The notes: generated by a model not told the origin, from the sequence alone. DNA of 42,127 nucleotides from Peribolospora baueri (GCA_029717555.1 JAMDHS010000128.1:1-42127); one strand, 5' to 3'. Numbered from the stretch's first letter, positions 25,483 through 38,035 are shown. A program made the numbers and translations.

Positions 25483-27930
25483 ATGTCGTCGAAACAGATC
25501 TCCCTGCTTCGCAAGGTCGTCAACGAGGCGCTAGACGTCTTCGAGGAGGAGATAGAAGGCCTGCCCGAACTTGACACCAACGCGACCGAGCTGCATGTCC
25601 GTCCATAGTGCGGCCGTGCGGCCGACTCTGTTCTCGACGCCGTTCGGCTTACCGCTACCATCTCCTCCCTTCCTTTTCCTTTCCTTTCCCCTTCTCATCA
25701 TCGAATCGTGGGCTCAAGCCTCTCGATGACCCGACCTTCTTGCCGTCTCCCCGTCTGTTCGAGTCGAGGAAAGTGCCACCGCCGCTTTGAGCGAGCTTCT
25801 CGCTGTGAGTAACTGGCTTCCTAGCCTCCATCCTCCAGCTCTTTTGAAACGACCTATCTGAACGCCCGCCTCCTTCTCCTCGCCCTCGCTCACAGGCCGT
25901 CGAGGCGCCTCTAGACCGCGCTATCGCCATGTCCTTGGAGGCCTGCCAGCAGGGATGTTTGATGGTCGTCATCCGAGCCCGCATTCCTGGCATCCTCGCC
26001 GCGTCCGACGTCGATCCAAACGTCGGGCTCAGCGTCGAAGAGCTCGGACAGAGAACCGGCTTGCACGCCGGAAGACTTGGTACGGAGGCCAAATTCATCT
26101 CAATCCGATGAGTTGAGCTTGAGGAAGGTGACGAGTTCTTTCCCGACAAACAGAGCGCATTCTTCGCCTCCTCACCACTGTACATCTCTTTCGAGAGACG
26201 TCCAAGGGCGTCTTTGCCAACAATCGGCTGGCGCTCCTCTTCAAAGAGGACAGCCCCGTTTGGAACTTTACCAACGTTCTGTGAGTCGACGTAACACCTT
26301 GGACCGACTCGCAGGAACGCTACCCGTCGTGATTTCGTTCGGCACCCTGTCTCATAGACGTCGCCCTCCCTGGTCGTCATGGGCGCAGTGGACCACTCCA
26401 TTTGCTGGCAAGTCATGGATACATCAAGTACATGGAAGATCCAGATGAGAAGGACAGGACAGAACTGGAGCACACCCCTCTCAACTGCGCACTCGGCACG
26501 CATGAGAGCTTCTACGACTAGATCGCCAAGCATCCGGAAATGGTCAAGGATTTCGGTGAGGTCGGATTTGGTCTTCTTCCTTAGGCTTTGTCGTGCGTCG
26601 TCGTCTTATTTTTATTATCTGAACAACATCGCGCTCTTCCCGCCGCCCTTGCAACTCATCAAGCCATTGGAATGACGGGCTACGCTGCCTCCACGGTCGC
26701 CGGATGCCTCGCCGACTATCCTTGGGCCTCGCTCGGGGCGAAAACGATCGTGGATGTGGGCGGCGGTCATGGCGCCTTCTCGCTTCCTCTCCTCGAAAAG
26801 TGCCCCGAACTGAAGCTAGTCCTTCAGGACAGGGCAGAAGTGCTCCCTCTGGCCGAACAGGTGAACATGGCTCCCCGCCTGTCGACGCCCGGTCCATTTC
26901 ATCCCAACCTGAGCAGCAGTAGCCTGATCATCGGATTTGTTCCTTTTGAAAACAGCATTTTGAGCACAACTACGCTGATGCCGTCGCTGCTGGCCGCGTC
27001 TCGTACGAAGAAGTCGACTTTTTCAAGCATCAGCCCAGGAGAGGCGAAGAATACGCTTATATTATGAGGATGATAACGTGGGCCTCATCTCGCTCTGGTC
27101 TACCGGCGTGTGTTCGTTCCCCAAGACAAGACAGCCCATTCGCGCTCATGTCACCACCGGTGGCCCGTCTCGCCCCCCCGGTTCGAACCTTTTTTCTCCA
27201 GGCATAACTATCCAGACCATCTCGCGTCGACCATCCTGAAGCACATTCGTGCCGCCATGGTACCCACGTCCAAGCTATTGATCATCGATGCCATCATGGA
27301 GCCCAGCACGCCAACGCCCGCGTCGTCTGCTGGCGAAGGCAGTCTCAACCTTGTGGACAATGCCAAGGCGTATCAACAGCTACCGGCACCCTACCCTCTG
27401 CCACGAAACTTTGGCTACTACAGCAGGACGGCTAAGTCCAGACGCCATGTTCGTTCCGCCTTGCTGTAGTCGTCCTTTTTGCACAGATGTTATTTCTCCC
27501 CCTTTTGCACTTCTACAGCCAACCATCTAGACATCGCCATGCTCTCTTTGCTGGGTGTGTGTCTCATCGGCTCATCGCTCTCCTCTACTGGGCCAAGTCT
27601 GTCTGCTGACCTATTTCATATTCGCATCCTCTCCCTGCTCTGTTCCTCTCGCCCATACTTCACGCTGATGACCCGCAGTTGCCAACGAGCGCACGGCAGA
27701 ACAGTTTGAGGCTCTTTTCGACTCTGCCGATCTCGAAATCTCGCGTATCTACCCCGCCCGGGTGAGCTGAGCGCCGGGGGCTCTCCCGCGCGTCGCTGGA
27801 AGCGCTGCATGTGCGTCAGGGAGCAGAGACGGACAAAAGCCTTCTTACTCGGTCCTCTTTCCCACGCTCCTCTTTCCCACAGAGCAACAAGAGCTGCATC
27901 ATCGAGGTCGTGCCAAAGTCGAAAGCCTGA
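25483..27930 (+). pseudogene. SAM-dependent O-methyltransferase (Methyltransf_2, fungal secondary-metabolism type), apparently disrupted
   Basis: Motifs RILRLLTTVHLFRE..GVFANNRL, TIVDVGGGHG, LVLQDRAEV, HNYPD..TILKHIRAAM..SKLLIID and NERTAEQF. Apparent lesions: 1-nt frameshift at about 25774, in-frame TAG at 26519-26521, and a CTAAGT donor at 27432. Confidence 0.8.
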
Positions 27931-28614
27931 TGGCGGCCAAGGAGAAAGGTCGCTGCCACCTACTTTTCGAACCGCACTGAGGACCGGGACTTTCCTAGCC
28001 GGGATCCGCCACCATTTAATTATCTGTGCGCTGCGCGCGTCATAGAATATAATTTAATTTATATTTACTTAGACATCGTTTCTCTTTTTTTTTCCGCTCG
28101 TATTTATTCATCGAATGCCTCTTTTAATCAACGCTATTGTTGCGCTACGTAAGGCCGGGTTTATAGTTGGACAGTGTAGGCAGGCTCTGGAACTAGCTGG
28201 ACTAGATGGAATACGAACAACGCGTCGGCCGGCTCCACCATACAGTCGCTTGCACGCCAAGTAACGTCAACGGATGCTCGGCGATGCAGGCTACTGAGGT
28301 GAGGTTGAGTTCGGGCACCTGTCGGAGGACGAAACGACCGGCGGCTTGACTTTGTCCATCGGCCGCACTCGACCGGATGAAACTTAGTCGGACGGTGTCG
28401 CGGACGGGATGGATGGTGTCCCGATAGTGAATCGGCGGACGGATGACGCCCTTGACAGAACTCGTACTTCTACTTGTAAACACGAACCGGTAGGTGATAT
28501 ACATTCGCTCTCTTTTCTCTTCTCTGTTTCCCGACGAGGATACCATAGATTGGATGTCAAAACTGTAACAAAATACCACCCATTTGGATCTTTGGGTCAA
28601 AGGCGTCATCCGAT

Positions 28615-31180
28615 TCAGAACCGCGCATGGTCTCGACCGAACAATCCCGTCAGGACCCTGGGAGTGGAGCAAAGGGGAAGCGCGCACACAATGTAGACGA
28701 TCGCCGAGCCGTCAGTAATACAAGAGGAATGCGTGCAAGAGACGGTAAAGGCAAAGCAAACTGCTCGAGTCAAAACCCCTCTCTTTGCCCTGGACTCACC
28801 AAGACCCGAGAACCATGAGCCGGTTTCGCCAGCTCAGCGAGGCGTACACTGCAAGCAGGCAAGCAGCGGAGGCCAAAGTCCCGTGGGTCAGCTCGTCCGC
28901 CATCTTTCCCGAGTCCTCGCGAAGCCAGTCAGAACAGACGTCCGTCGGCTCGACTCACGATAGTACGACCTCCAAACGAGCCAAGCAACCCGTCCGGACT
29001 CCTTGTTGATGACCGGGTTGGAGGACTGGGTCATGTCGAGGATGGCGCGACCGCTCCCCAAGCTGGTCATCGCGCCCATGTTTTTCCACTGGAAACCTTC
29101 GCCTAGCTCTTTTTCGGTCGGCGGCGACGAAGGGTCTGACCTCGATAAACGGTTAAGCAACTGGGCGAGATATGCCGCCTTCTGGACGGCCACCTGAGCA
29201 GTGGCGGGCGTAGAGTAGCCGTCGACCTGGGCGCAGTCACCGAGGGCGAAAACGTCCGACATGGGCGTCGGCTTTTCTGACTCGGACGACGGCGCAGAAA
29301 GCGCTCGGAGGTGGCTGTCCGTCAACAGGCTGTGATGGACAGAAAGGTTCGACGGGCGTCAATGTCTAGTGAAGAGGAAAGGAGACGATGCCGACATGCA
29401 TCCTTCCTTTTTTCCTCGCACTCTCACCTTTGCGTTTTCGATTGCTTGGCGATCTCCGTGACGCTCTCTATGAGAGGATTCGGAGACAAACCGGTGGCCC
29501 AAATGAGGATACCGAAATGAACTGCGAGCGGGGAGACCGATAGGACAGAAGAGAGGAGCAAGATCGATCTTCAGAGGTCTGTTCCGAACGCTCACGTAGA
29601 CCAATCAACGTGGGCAAGCAAGCTAGGACGAAATCAAGGGCGGGGGAGACCGGGTACTGACCTGGCTCCTCGCCGTCGATGTGAAGTTTGCCGTTCTCGA
29701 CCTTCTTGATCTTAACTCCTGTCCGGATGTCGACGCCGTCGCGACTGAATTGGTCCATCGCGTACGCACGAAGGCTCTGATCGAAGGCGTTCAAGATGGT
29801 GGGCGCCGCGTCGAAGAGGGTGACGCTGAAAAGGGGAAAGGAGGACGAAAGGGAGAGAGGGTGTAGCGAGATAGGGAGGAGATGAGCCTGTCCTTGGCTC
29901 GCGCGGGGAAGCGAAGAGGAACAGAACACACTTTACGAGCGGGGCCAAGGCAGGAAATGTACGGGGAAGATCCGTCCGAACCAAGTCGTAAAGTTCGGCA
30001 GCCACTTCGACTCCCTGGATACCGTGAGGATCTCATTCAGCCACCATGTACGGGATTGAGCGTCAAGTAGAGTACGAGATACGCACCGTCGGGCCTCCGC
30101 CCACGCAAACAAAGTGCAGCAGCTTTCGTCGTTCGTCGTCGCTTCATTCGCGCGCGCCGGACGAGAAGGGAAGAGGTCGGCGGATGAAGATGAGAAACAA
30201 GCACAGGCGCACCAAGATTATGCGCAGCATTCACCTCAGGTTGGGGTTAGATGCCTGCTCCAGCGTCTCCATCACTCTCCATCGGATCGCCTTGGCGTTC
30301 TGCACATCTGTAGACGCGGGAAAGGGGATGGTGGTGGTTAGTTCGCCTTTCACTCTCCACGCCTTTCCGCTCGCCACTCATGTCGCCTTGCAAGCTCGCT
30401 CAACCTTTTAAGAAATGACCGTGTTCCTTCACTCCGGGAGTCCCGAACGTGGCGTTGTAGCAGCCGACGGAGATGACGAGTTTGTCGTACTCGAGCTCGT
30501 ACGCCCTGTGAGGGCCGTACAGCCCGCTCTTGTGCGCATCGCCGCCGACGGGGCTCTGACCATCGGTATAGGTGGGCGGGTAGGCGGGCATGAGGGTGAG
30601 GCGCTTGGAGCGAAAGTCGATAGCGTCGCACCAGGCGTGGAGGAAATGGACGTCGACGGTCGTTCGCACGGGTTCGATGGCGGAGCGGAAAAGCAAGACG
30701 CCGGTGGTGGCTTGGGCAAGGAGCGGGGTGAAGGAAAAGTACTGACGACAGAATCCGACGTCGGGATGGGGGAGATGAGAACGCCTCTCCTCTATTCTCT
30801 TCTCTTCCCTTTCCTTCTCGGCCACTCACCGTGTTAGGGGAGACGATGGTAACGTCGTACTTGCTCTTATCCACGTCCCTCACCAACGTATACCCCGCCC
30901 AACCCGAACCAAGCACGACGACCTTCTCCTTCTTCTGCCCCCACCGCTTCCCGCCCATCATCACGTCTCGCCTTCCGGCCACCTTGTCGATCGCAGGCTC
31001 CTCCTTGGGTCGGGCCGCCGTCGTTGGCGCTGCGCGATGGGAGGCCGAGGTGAAGAGGGGGTTGCGGGCACCTGAAAGACTGAACGGCGCCGGAGAAGGG
31101 AGTAGATGGCTTGAAGAGGACGAGATGGCGCGAAGGAGTGCACATGGGGCTGGCCATGTGGGTAGCCGAGCTGGGACCAT
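28615..31180 (-). CDS. Type II (rotenone-insensitive) NADH dehydrogenase, NDE/NDI family, multi-exon
   Basis: Mitochondrial presequence, KVVVLGSGWAG, FTPLLA, YDKLVISVGCYNATFGTPGV, FVCVGGGPTG, ELYDLV, VFALGDCA..PATAQVAVQKAAYLA and AWLVWRSYY; last exon FGRDHARF*. Confidence 0.93.
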
Positions 31181-31777
31181 TGTGAAAGCAGTCGAGCGCG
31201 CGTGAGCTGCGAGAGACAAAGAGAAAAAAAGTAACAAGAAAACAGGAAAGACGGGAGATAGATAGAGAGAAGGGAACGAAGAAGAGAGAGGAAGAGGGGC
31301 GAGGACGAGCGACGGAATGTGGGAGGTAGAACTCTTGCCTCGTCCAAGATGCCCTTCTCACCTCGTCGAGGCCGCATTCAATCTCGTCTCACTTCTTCTC
31401 CCACTTTCTTCCTCGTCCGAGCGGGGGGCGGGGTGCCGATCGACACCTGTTCGAGTCCGCCCGGGAGCGATCGAGCGTGACATCAGGACGGAAAGAAATC
31501 GTAATCTGATGATCGAATATGCAGACCGTTCGAAGAATCCGGCCTCCGACAACAACCGGTCCTCGTTTTCACACCATAACCGCCGACTCGCTCGCTGAAG
31601 GAAGACTTTGGCAAGGGATAACCCGTTTGCTTTGATAGAGACGGATGCGTCATGTAAGCTACTGTACAGGACTTGAGTACGACTAATGAAGACGACGGCG
31701 ACGGCGACCGCGTGCGGCGCCCATCGAAGCCCGAAGGAAGATCAGACGAGACCAGACAAGACCAGACCGGGACGGGT

Positions 31778-33935
31778 CTATCTCGGCGGCGCAGGTGAAG
31801 AACCCGCCGATGGCGGAGCAGGCGGAGGCCGAGGTCGGATCGTCGCGCCCGCGCTCGGTGGCGGTGGCGGCCGTGGCCTTCCAGTTCCGGGCGGTCCAGC
31901 AGAAGGAGAGCCTGTGTTCGGCCGCCCTTGTCCCTGTCCCTGTCCCTGTCCCTGTCCCCGTCCCTGTCCCTGCCCTTGCGACGGCTGCGCCGCCCCCACC
32001 AAGTTCGCCAACCCAGCCAACTGTTGAGCGTTCAACAGTCCCAACTTGACCGTCACGTGCAGCGTCGCCCCATCTGGACTCGCCCCTCTGAGCACCGCCG
32101 GCTCCGTCTGGGCGGCAATCTGCGACTGGACGGTCTGGTTGGGCAGCAAAGGTGGTGGGGCGGAAGGGACGATGTTGAGCGAGGTGAGCACTGGCAAAGA
32201 GGAGAGCGGCAGGGCGAGAGGGATGGGGTGCATGGGTATGAGTGGGTTCGGAGCAGGCGTTGTGGGCGTGGATGTGCGCGACGGCGTTGGGCCGGTGCCT
32301 GAGCTCGGCGTGCCCACTACTGAGGGCGGCCGACCGACCGCCGAAGGCGTCCCGGACGCGGGTCGGATCGAAGACGGCACCGGGCTGGCTCTGTAGGGTG
32401 AGGGCGCGTGCGAACCGGCCGGCGAGGGTGTGCCAGGCGCCGTGGCCGTGCCAGCAGGAGAGCCAGGTGTGCCGTAGGGAGCGTGCCCGTAGCTCATCGG
32501 CGTCCCCGGTCCACCAGGCGGTCGGGGATGACCGGGCGTCGAAACAGGACCGACGTACGCCGCTCGAGCTTGTGCCCTCCTGTCCTTCTCCAAGCGTTCG
32601 AGCCGTGCGCGCGCATGTTTGAGTTCGGCGCCCTGTCTCTGATTGGCATGCGCGATCTCCAGCTTGTCGTGCTGGAGCAGCGCATGAAGGGTGACCAGAG
32701 GTGAGGGCCGCTGTGCCGGGCGAGAAGGCGAGGGACATTGAGCTCGGATGACGATGATGAAGAAGGCGTACGCTACGCCGCTCCTGCACCCCAGTATGTC
32801 GACACTCACCTCTCCCTCCTTGATGCGAGCGACGCGAAAGCGATCCAACAAAGCGCGTCGTCTCCGAAACGCGGAGAGTGCAAAGGCCGTCTCTGCTGGA
32901 TACGGCGGCGGTGAGACGAGTCAGTTCAAGCTGAGCGCAGCGAAGACGAAAAAAAAAAAAGGTCACAAAAGCGATAAGGAATCCACAGGAGCTCTCACCC
33001 TCTTCCCGCTCCTTCCTTCGTCTCTCCAACGACGCATCATCCTCAGATTCGTCGTCCTCCGCACAACCCTCTCCTCCGACTATCTTTCGTCGCTTCCGTT
33101 TCCGACACCGCCTCCCGCCGACAGGTCTGCCGAGAGCGCGTTCGAGATCGTCGTCGGGCACGTGGAAAATGTGATATGGCAGCAGGCGGCGCACGGCGTC
33201 CTCGACCGAGGTGAAGGCGGATAAGTCGGGAGACGTCGCCAAGCGGCGATCCGAGGCGAGCGCGGCCTGGACGCTGTTATGGGAACGTGCCAAAATGCGG
33301 CGGGGGATCGGGTCGTCAGCGTGGGCGCTTCAAGAGGCGCCTTCGCCTCTTCTCGCCTCGCCTCACTCAATTCGCAGAGACCGGTGAAGAGAGCCAGCAA
33401 AGCGAGGGAGAGAGGGAGGGAGGGATGAGAAAAGAGACACACACCTAGCCTGTCTAGCCTCGAACCATTTCTTCTCCTCTTCGGTCGCGTCCGCCTCGTC
33501 GTGCACGCCGACCAGCTCGCTCGCCTCGTACCCGCCCTCGCCGCCCTTGGCCTTGGCCTTGACCTTTCCCTTTCCCTTGCCCCCGCCCATGCTCTTATCC
33601 ATGTCCCCATCCTTCTCCTTGCCCTTGCCACCATTGCCCGCGTTTCCGTGGCCGTTCACATCCGCCGCGACGCCGGGCTGGGGCCATGGCGGAGTCTGGC
33701 CGAGGGGGCTGCGAGCGTAGATAGTCCTGCCGCCGTTGGGGTGGAGGAAGGAAGGTGTGCTGGTGGACGGTGTCGGGGGGGCGGAGGAGGAAGGGGTGGC
33801 TGGGAGGGCGTGGGCGTTCAGACGGGGTGCATGGGCGACGGGGTTGGTGGTGGAAGCGGGAGGATGGGGAAGATGAGGCGCTGATGAAGGTGGTGATGCG
33901 CTGGCAAGAGACGACGAGGTCGTCGTTGGCTGCAT
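31778..33935 (-). CDS. GLTSCR1/BICRA conserved-domain protein, Pro-rich, 3 exons
   Basis: PDLSAFTSVEDAVRRLLPYHIF matches the GLTSCR1-domain core. It is followed by a coiled coil (LLDRFRVARIKE..ELKHARARLERLE) and Pro/Gly-Gln low-complexity tails. Start MQPTTTSSS at 33935. Confidence 0.75.
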
Positions 33936-34382
33936 TCCAACCCCAGCTCTCTCTGCCCTGGCGATCTTTTTTTTTCTTCTTGCGAGAGAAACGACGGCCG
34001 GCTTTCTTTCGTCACACCCACGCTCGCGAGGAGAGGTGCAAGCCAATCTCGGCCAGAAGGCGACGAGAAGATAACCCTAACTCGCCCAGCCCTGGCCCTG
34101 CGATCGGCCGATCGACCTCAACCGCCGCCGCAGTGTCGTCAAGGGAAGGGAAGGACGGACGCGTACGGGGATGGACGGACGGACGGATGGATGACCAAAA
34201 CTCGTTGGCATGGAACGCACAGACAGAGACGTAGCGAACTGCAGACGGGGGCAACACCACACGACACCACACGGTACGGCTTACGAGTACATGCAGACGG
34301 ACATGGCAAACGAAAACACAAACAAAGGAAGGGGTGCTGTGGAACCGGAGTACGGACGGTCAAAGGACAGCGACACCCCGCA

Positions 34383-37300
34383 TCACGGCCCTGCGCTATC
34401 CCGATAGTTCTCTCGACCGCCCATCCTCTCCGCCTTGCGCTTGTAGGTCGAGACTGCACATTGACAGACGCACGCACGCACCGGGGCAAGGTCGGCACGG
34501 CACAGTCAGCGCCGACTCAGCACCGCACCACACCCGAGCGTCGACCTCGGCCGCAACTCACATTCGCGAGACACTTGCGTCGTCGTCGTCCACTCCTCGT
34601 TCCCGGCGAAGCAAGCCTTGAAGATCTGCGACGTCGGGAAGACAAGAAAGAAATAGGCATACCTCCGAATGAGCCCCCAGCGGCCATCAACGAAGCACTC
34701 CCAACGCCGCCTTCTCGAGAGCGCACATCGCGCCGCGCCGCGCCGCGCCGCACCTTCGCGTACAGGAACTTGCGTTGAACCATGTCGGATGTCGACTGCT
34801 CCTGATTCTCCAGCTCGCTGCCAGGACGAAACCAAGGGCGGGCACAACATGAGAAGCAGCAGAACAGAGCATACAAACTTTCATTCGTCCCGTCACTTAC
34901 AGCTTCTCATTCGTCAGGTCCGTCATCTGATTCTCGATGAGCACGCAGCGGAAGATGCACCACCGCATGCCGTCGCTCCACTTGAACCGCTTCTGAGGCT
35001 CTAGGGGCTCTGAGATGAGAGCGAGGGTCGGGGTCAGGTTAAATCCTGTCAGCGCGGACCCCGTCGTTTGCCTTCATTCCATCGATCCATCATCGATCGC
35101 GCCCCCTTGACTCGGCTCGGCTCTCTCACCTGCCGGAGTGCCTTCGCCGACCTCGTCACCGCTGCCTTCCTCGCCGCCTTCCCTATCTCCCGCCTTCTCA
35201 TCTTCCCCGGCCGTGGCGGGGCTGGCGGTGTATGGTGGAGGCTGCGCCAAAGGCGGTCCGTCGAACGGCAGAGGCCGCCCAGGCTCCGCTGTCGTCGCCG
35301 TCGCCGCCGGTGTCCCTTCCTCACCACCTCCTGATCCACCTCCAGCCACGACGCTGCCGCCGGCGACGGACCTCGAAGCCTGCTCTTCTCTCCAAGCGAC
35401 CATCTTCTGCTCATACTCGACTTTTTGCCGCTCCAGGCTGTCCTTGACGAGCACCCTCAAGCGCTCGATCAGCTCGTCCTGCTCCCTCGTAAGCTCGGCG
35501 ATCCGGTGCGGATATATCTCTCGCTTCGTCAGTTTCTGCGGACCGAGGAGTGGAAAAGAAAATATAAGAGATCGACGGAAGGGCGTCACTCATGGTCTCG
35601 TTTTCTCTTTCTCCTCCTCCGCGCCCACTCGCTCGCCAGCTTACCATCATAGTGTACCGATTATAAGGAAACACAGTAGGCAAGATATTGAAGTAATTCT
35701 CATTATACTCGTCCACCTCGAGCGCCTTCTTGGCCACCTCGACGACCATCGGGCGGAGGCGGGGCGGGAACTTGCGCTTCTCGTCGAACGATCCTGCCGC
35801 TTTTTCTGTCGACGTCGGGCAATGCGAAGAGACAAGGTGAGCTCAAGTCGGGAAGGGACGGGTGGGAGAGGCGGTCGGACGCTCACCCTTCTCCACCTCT
35901 TCCTTGAGCCGATCGAGCTCGGCTTGCAACACGGGATGGACGGGCATCTGGGCGGGAGAACGTGGAAGAAATCGAGACTGTAATGAGATGCCAGCGTCCA
36001 AGTGGGATCCACATGCTCATGCTCGTCGTTCGCCTGAACCTGAACCGAAATAATACAACTCACAATCTCCTTCCTGCGCTTGACCGCCGTCCCGCCGCTG
36101 GATTGAGACGACACGCTCTGCTGGGACGGTCTCGGCGGTGCTCCGACGGCGCCCTGTCCGCCGAACGCGTTCTGAGGTTCGATCGGATGAGCGGTGGATG
36201 ATGGTCTTACCGCGCCCACCACCTGGGAGGCAGCGGCCGAGGAGGACGAGCGACGAAGATGATCGTCCTCCTCCTCGTCGTCCAGCTTGATCGGGCTCTC
36301 CCGCGTGCCGTCCTGACGCCACTGCACAAGCTGCAGCTCGTGCTGGCGGTCCGGCGTGCCGGCCGTATGCATCTGCTGATACGCCCGACTGAGCCCGTCC
36401 GCCGCGGTGTTTCCGTCCGCGGCGGACGATTTTGGTGCTCCTCCATCTCCTTCTACCCCTCCGGTGCTGTTGATGGAAATAACGCTATTCTGCCTCGCCA
36501 TGCGCTTCCTCCTCTTTCTCAGTTTGTCGCTCGCAGCCGCAAAGGCCAGCTTGCCTGCCCCTCGGGCGTACCCAGTAATCGGCTGGCCCTTCTTCGAACG
36601 CTGTTTCGCCGGCTTTGCGGGCGTGCTGAGAAAGAGAAATGATCAAGCGTGCAAGTAGGAGGGGAGGAAGTGTGAGATGGAGAAAGAAAGACCATCGATT
36701 CGTCGCGGCCGGCGCTCGTGAACACTCACTCGCCATAGTCCTTCTCGCCCATCAACTCCACTTCGCCCACCTGCACCCAGAAACCTTCGCGCTTGGGCCT
36801 GGCGTAGTATTCGGGTTCGTCGACGTAAAGTCTGCGGCGAGGCAAAAAGAAAGCGGAAGAAATGAAGAAAAAGCCGGTTTAACTTGCGAGGAGGGACGAT
36901 GGGAGGGTGACGAGCAAAACGACGAAGGGACACGCACTCAGAATCGTCGACGAAAGGGTCGCTGATGTCGTACTCGCCGACGTCCTCCTCGTCCCTGTTC
37001 TTCCTGGGGCGGCCGGGCTTCCTCTTGCGTTCCACGACCGCCTCTCCATCGACGTCCATGCCCACCACGCCCTCCCCGTCCGCCTCCGCCTCCTTTCCCT
37101 TGCCCTTGCCCTTCCCACCGCCGTACCCTTCGCCTGAGGCGTGCAGGAGCCGCGCTAGACCGCCGAGGTCGGACATGTCCTCGCCGAAAGGCCCCACCCT
37201 ACCAGGCACGCCAGGCGGAACGGAATGAGACGTGAGTGGGTGAGCGGGGGGAGCGAAGGGCGGGGAGGCAGAACGGGCGCGCTTGGAGGAGGGGGAAGAG

Positions 37301-37959
37301 GCGGCGACAAAGGCGTCGGCGACGTAGGCTTCGCCGAGTCTGGCTCGGACGATGTCTGGCACGACGACGATGTAATCGACGTTGTCGGACGCGGACTTGG
37401 CCGGAGACGAGGCGGGGACAGAGGAGGAGGCGGAGGTGCTCTGTACAGACGGATCGTCGGCCCATCCGGAAGCCGGGAGCTTGACGTCGAAGCGCACTGT
37501 CGGACGCGGCGGTCGCTGGTGAACGGGGACTGGCGAGGGCGAGCGGCGCTTGCGAGGCTTCTTCGTGGGCTTGTTGTCGATCACCGGAGTGGCGTTGTTG
37601 CTGCTCTCCTTGGCGGTGATCGAGCCATTGGGAGGAGGATCGGTAGGAGCAGCTCCATTCGAAGCGGACGCTGGCGAAGGAGGGTGATGTTCGCCGTCGG
37701 CGACGGCGACGGGTGCGTTGGGGGCGGCGGATGCGGAAGGAACCGTGGGAGCGGCCGTCGGATGGTCTGAGGCTGAAGCTACGGGACGGGAAGTGGGCGA
37801 AGGTATGGGAGGGGAAGTGGGTCGAGAGAGAACGCTGATGTCCATAGGAGAGGGGGAGGATGAGGAGGAGGGGAGAGGCGGAGGAAGAGGGAAAGGGGGA
37901 GGGGCCGGTGCACGAGCCTTCGGAGACGGATGGATGCTCGAATGGTGTGACGAGGACAT
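34383..37959 (-). CDS. HPC2/ubinuclein-like histone chaperone subunit (HUN/HRD domain plus UBN middle-domain-like region), multi-exon
   Basis: EYDISDPFVDDSE(L)YVDEPEYYARPKREGFWVQVGEVEL is the HRD/HUN domain. Downstream exons ENYFNILPTVFPYNRYTMMKL, EPQKRFKWSDGMR, RKFLYAKI and QVSREFSTYKRK..GP*. Confidence 0.82.
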
Positions 37960-37980
37960 GGTCGGTTGTGAAACCCTTCT

Positions 37981-38035
37981 CAGCTCAGCTCAGCTCAGCT
38001 CAGCTCAGCTCAGCTCAGCTTAGCTCAGCTCAGCT
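37981..38035. repeat. (CAGCT)n microsatellite, about 11 units, immediately upstream of the HPC2-like start
   Basis: Near-perfect cagctcagct... array with one tagct variant. Confidence 0.95.

Noticed and set aside
26519..26521. TAG corrected to TGG by A-to-I editing, or stop-codon readthrough, in the O-methyltransferase
   Set aside because: Stop-correcting editing is established in Sordariomycete ascomycetes, and this gene also has an apparent frameshift and a broken splice donor, so simple decay is more parsimonious.
31929..31978. (CCCTGT)n hexamer as a telomere-like repeat
   Set aside because: It is in-frame coding sequence for a Gly-Gln repeat in the GLTSCR1-domain gene and does not match TTAGGG.
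31683..33293. 536-aa ORF and other long overlapping or antisense ORFs (for example 1112-1915, 25655-26533, 38035-38973)
   Set aside because: These are intron read-through or shadow frames of GC-rich genes and low-complexity DNA, with no independent motifs.
35074..35130. Stop at GAIDDGSME* as the end of the HPC2-like gene
   Set aside because: A GTGAGA donor at about 35129 splices to further conserved-looking exons, extending the gene to 34383.
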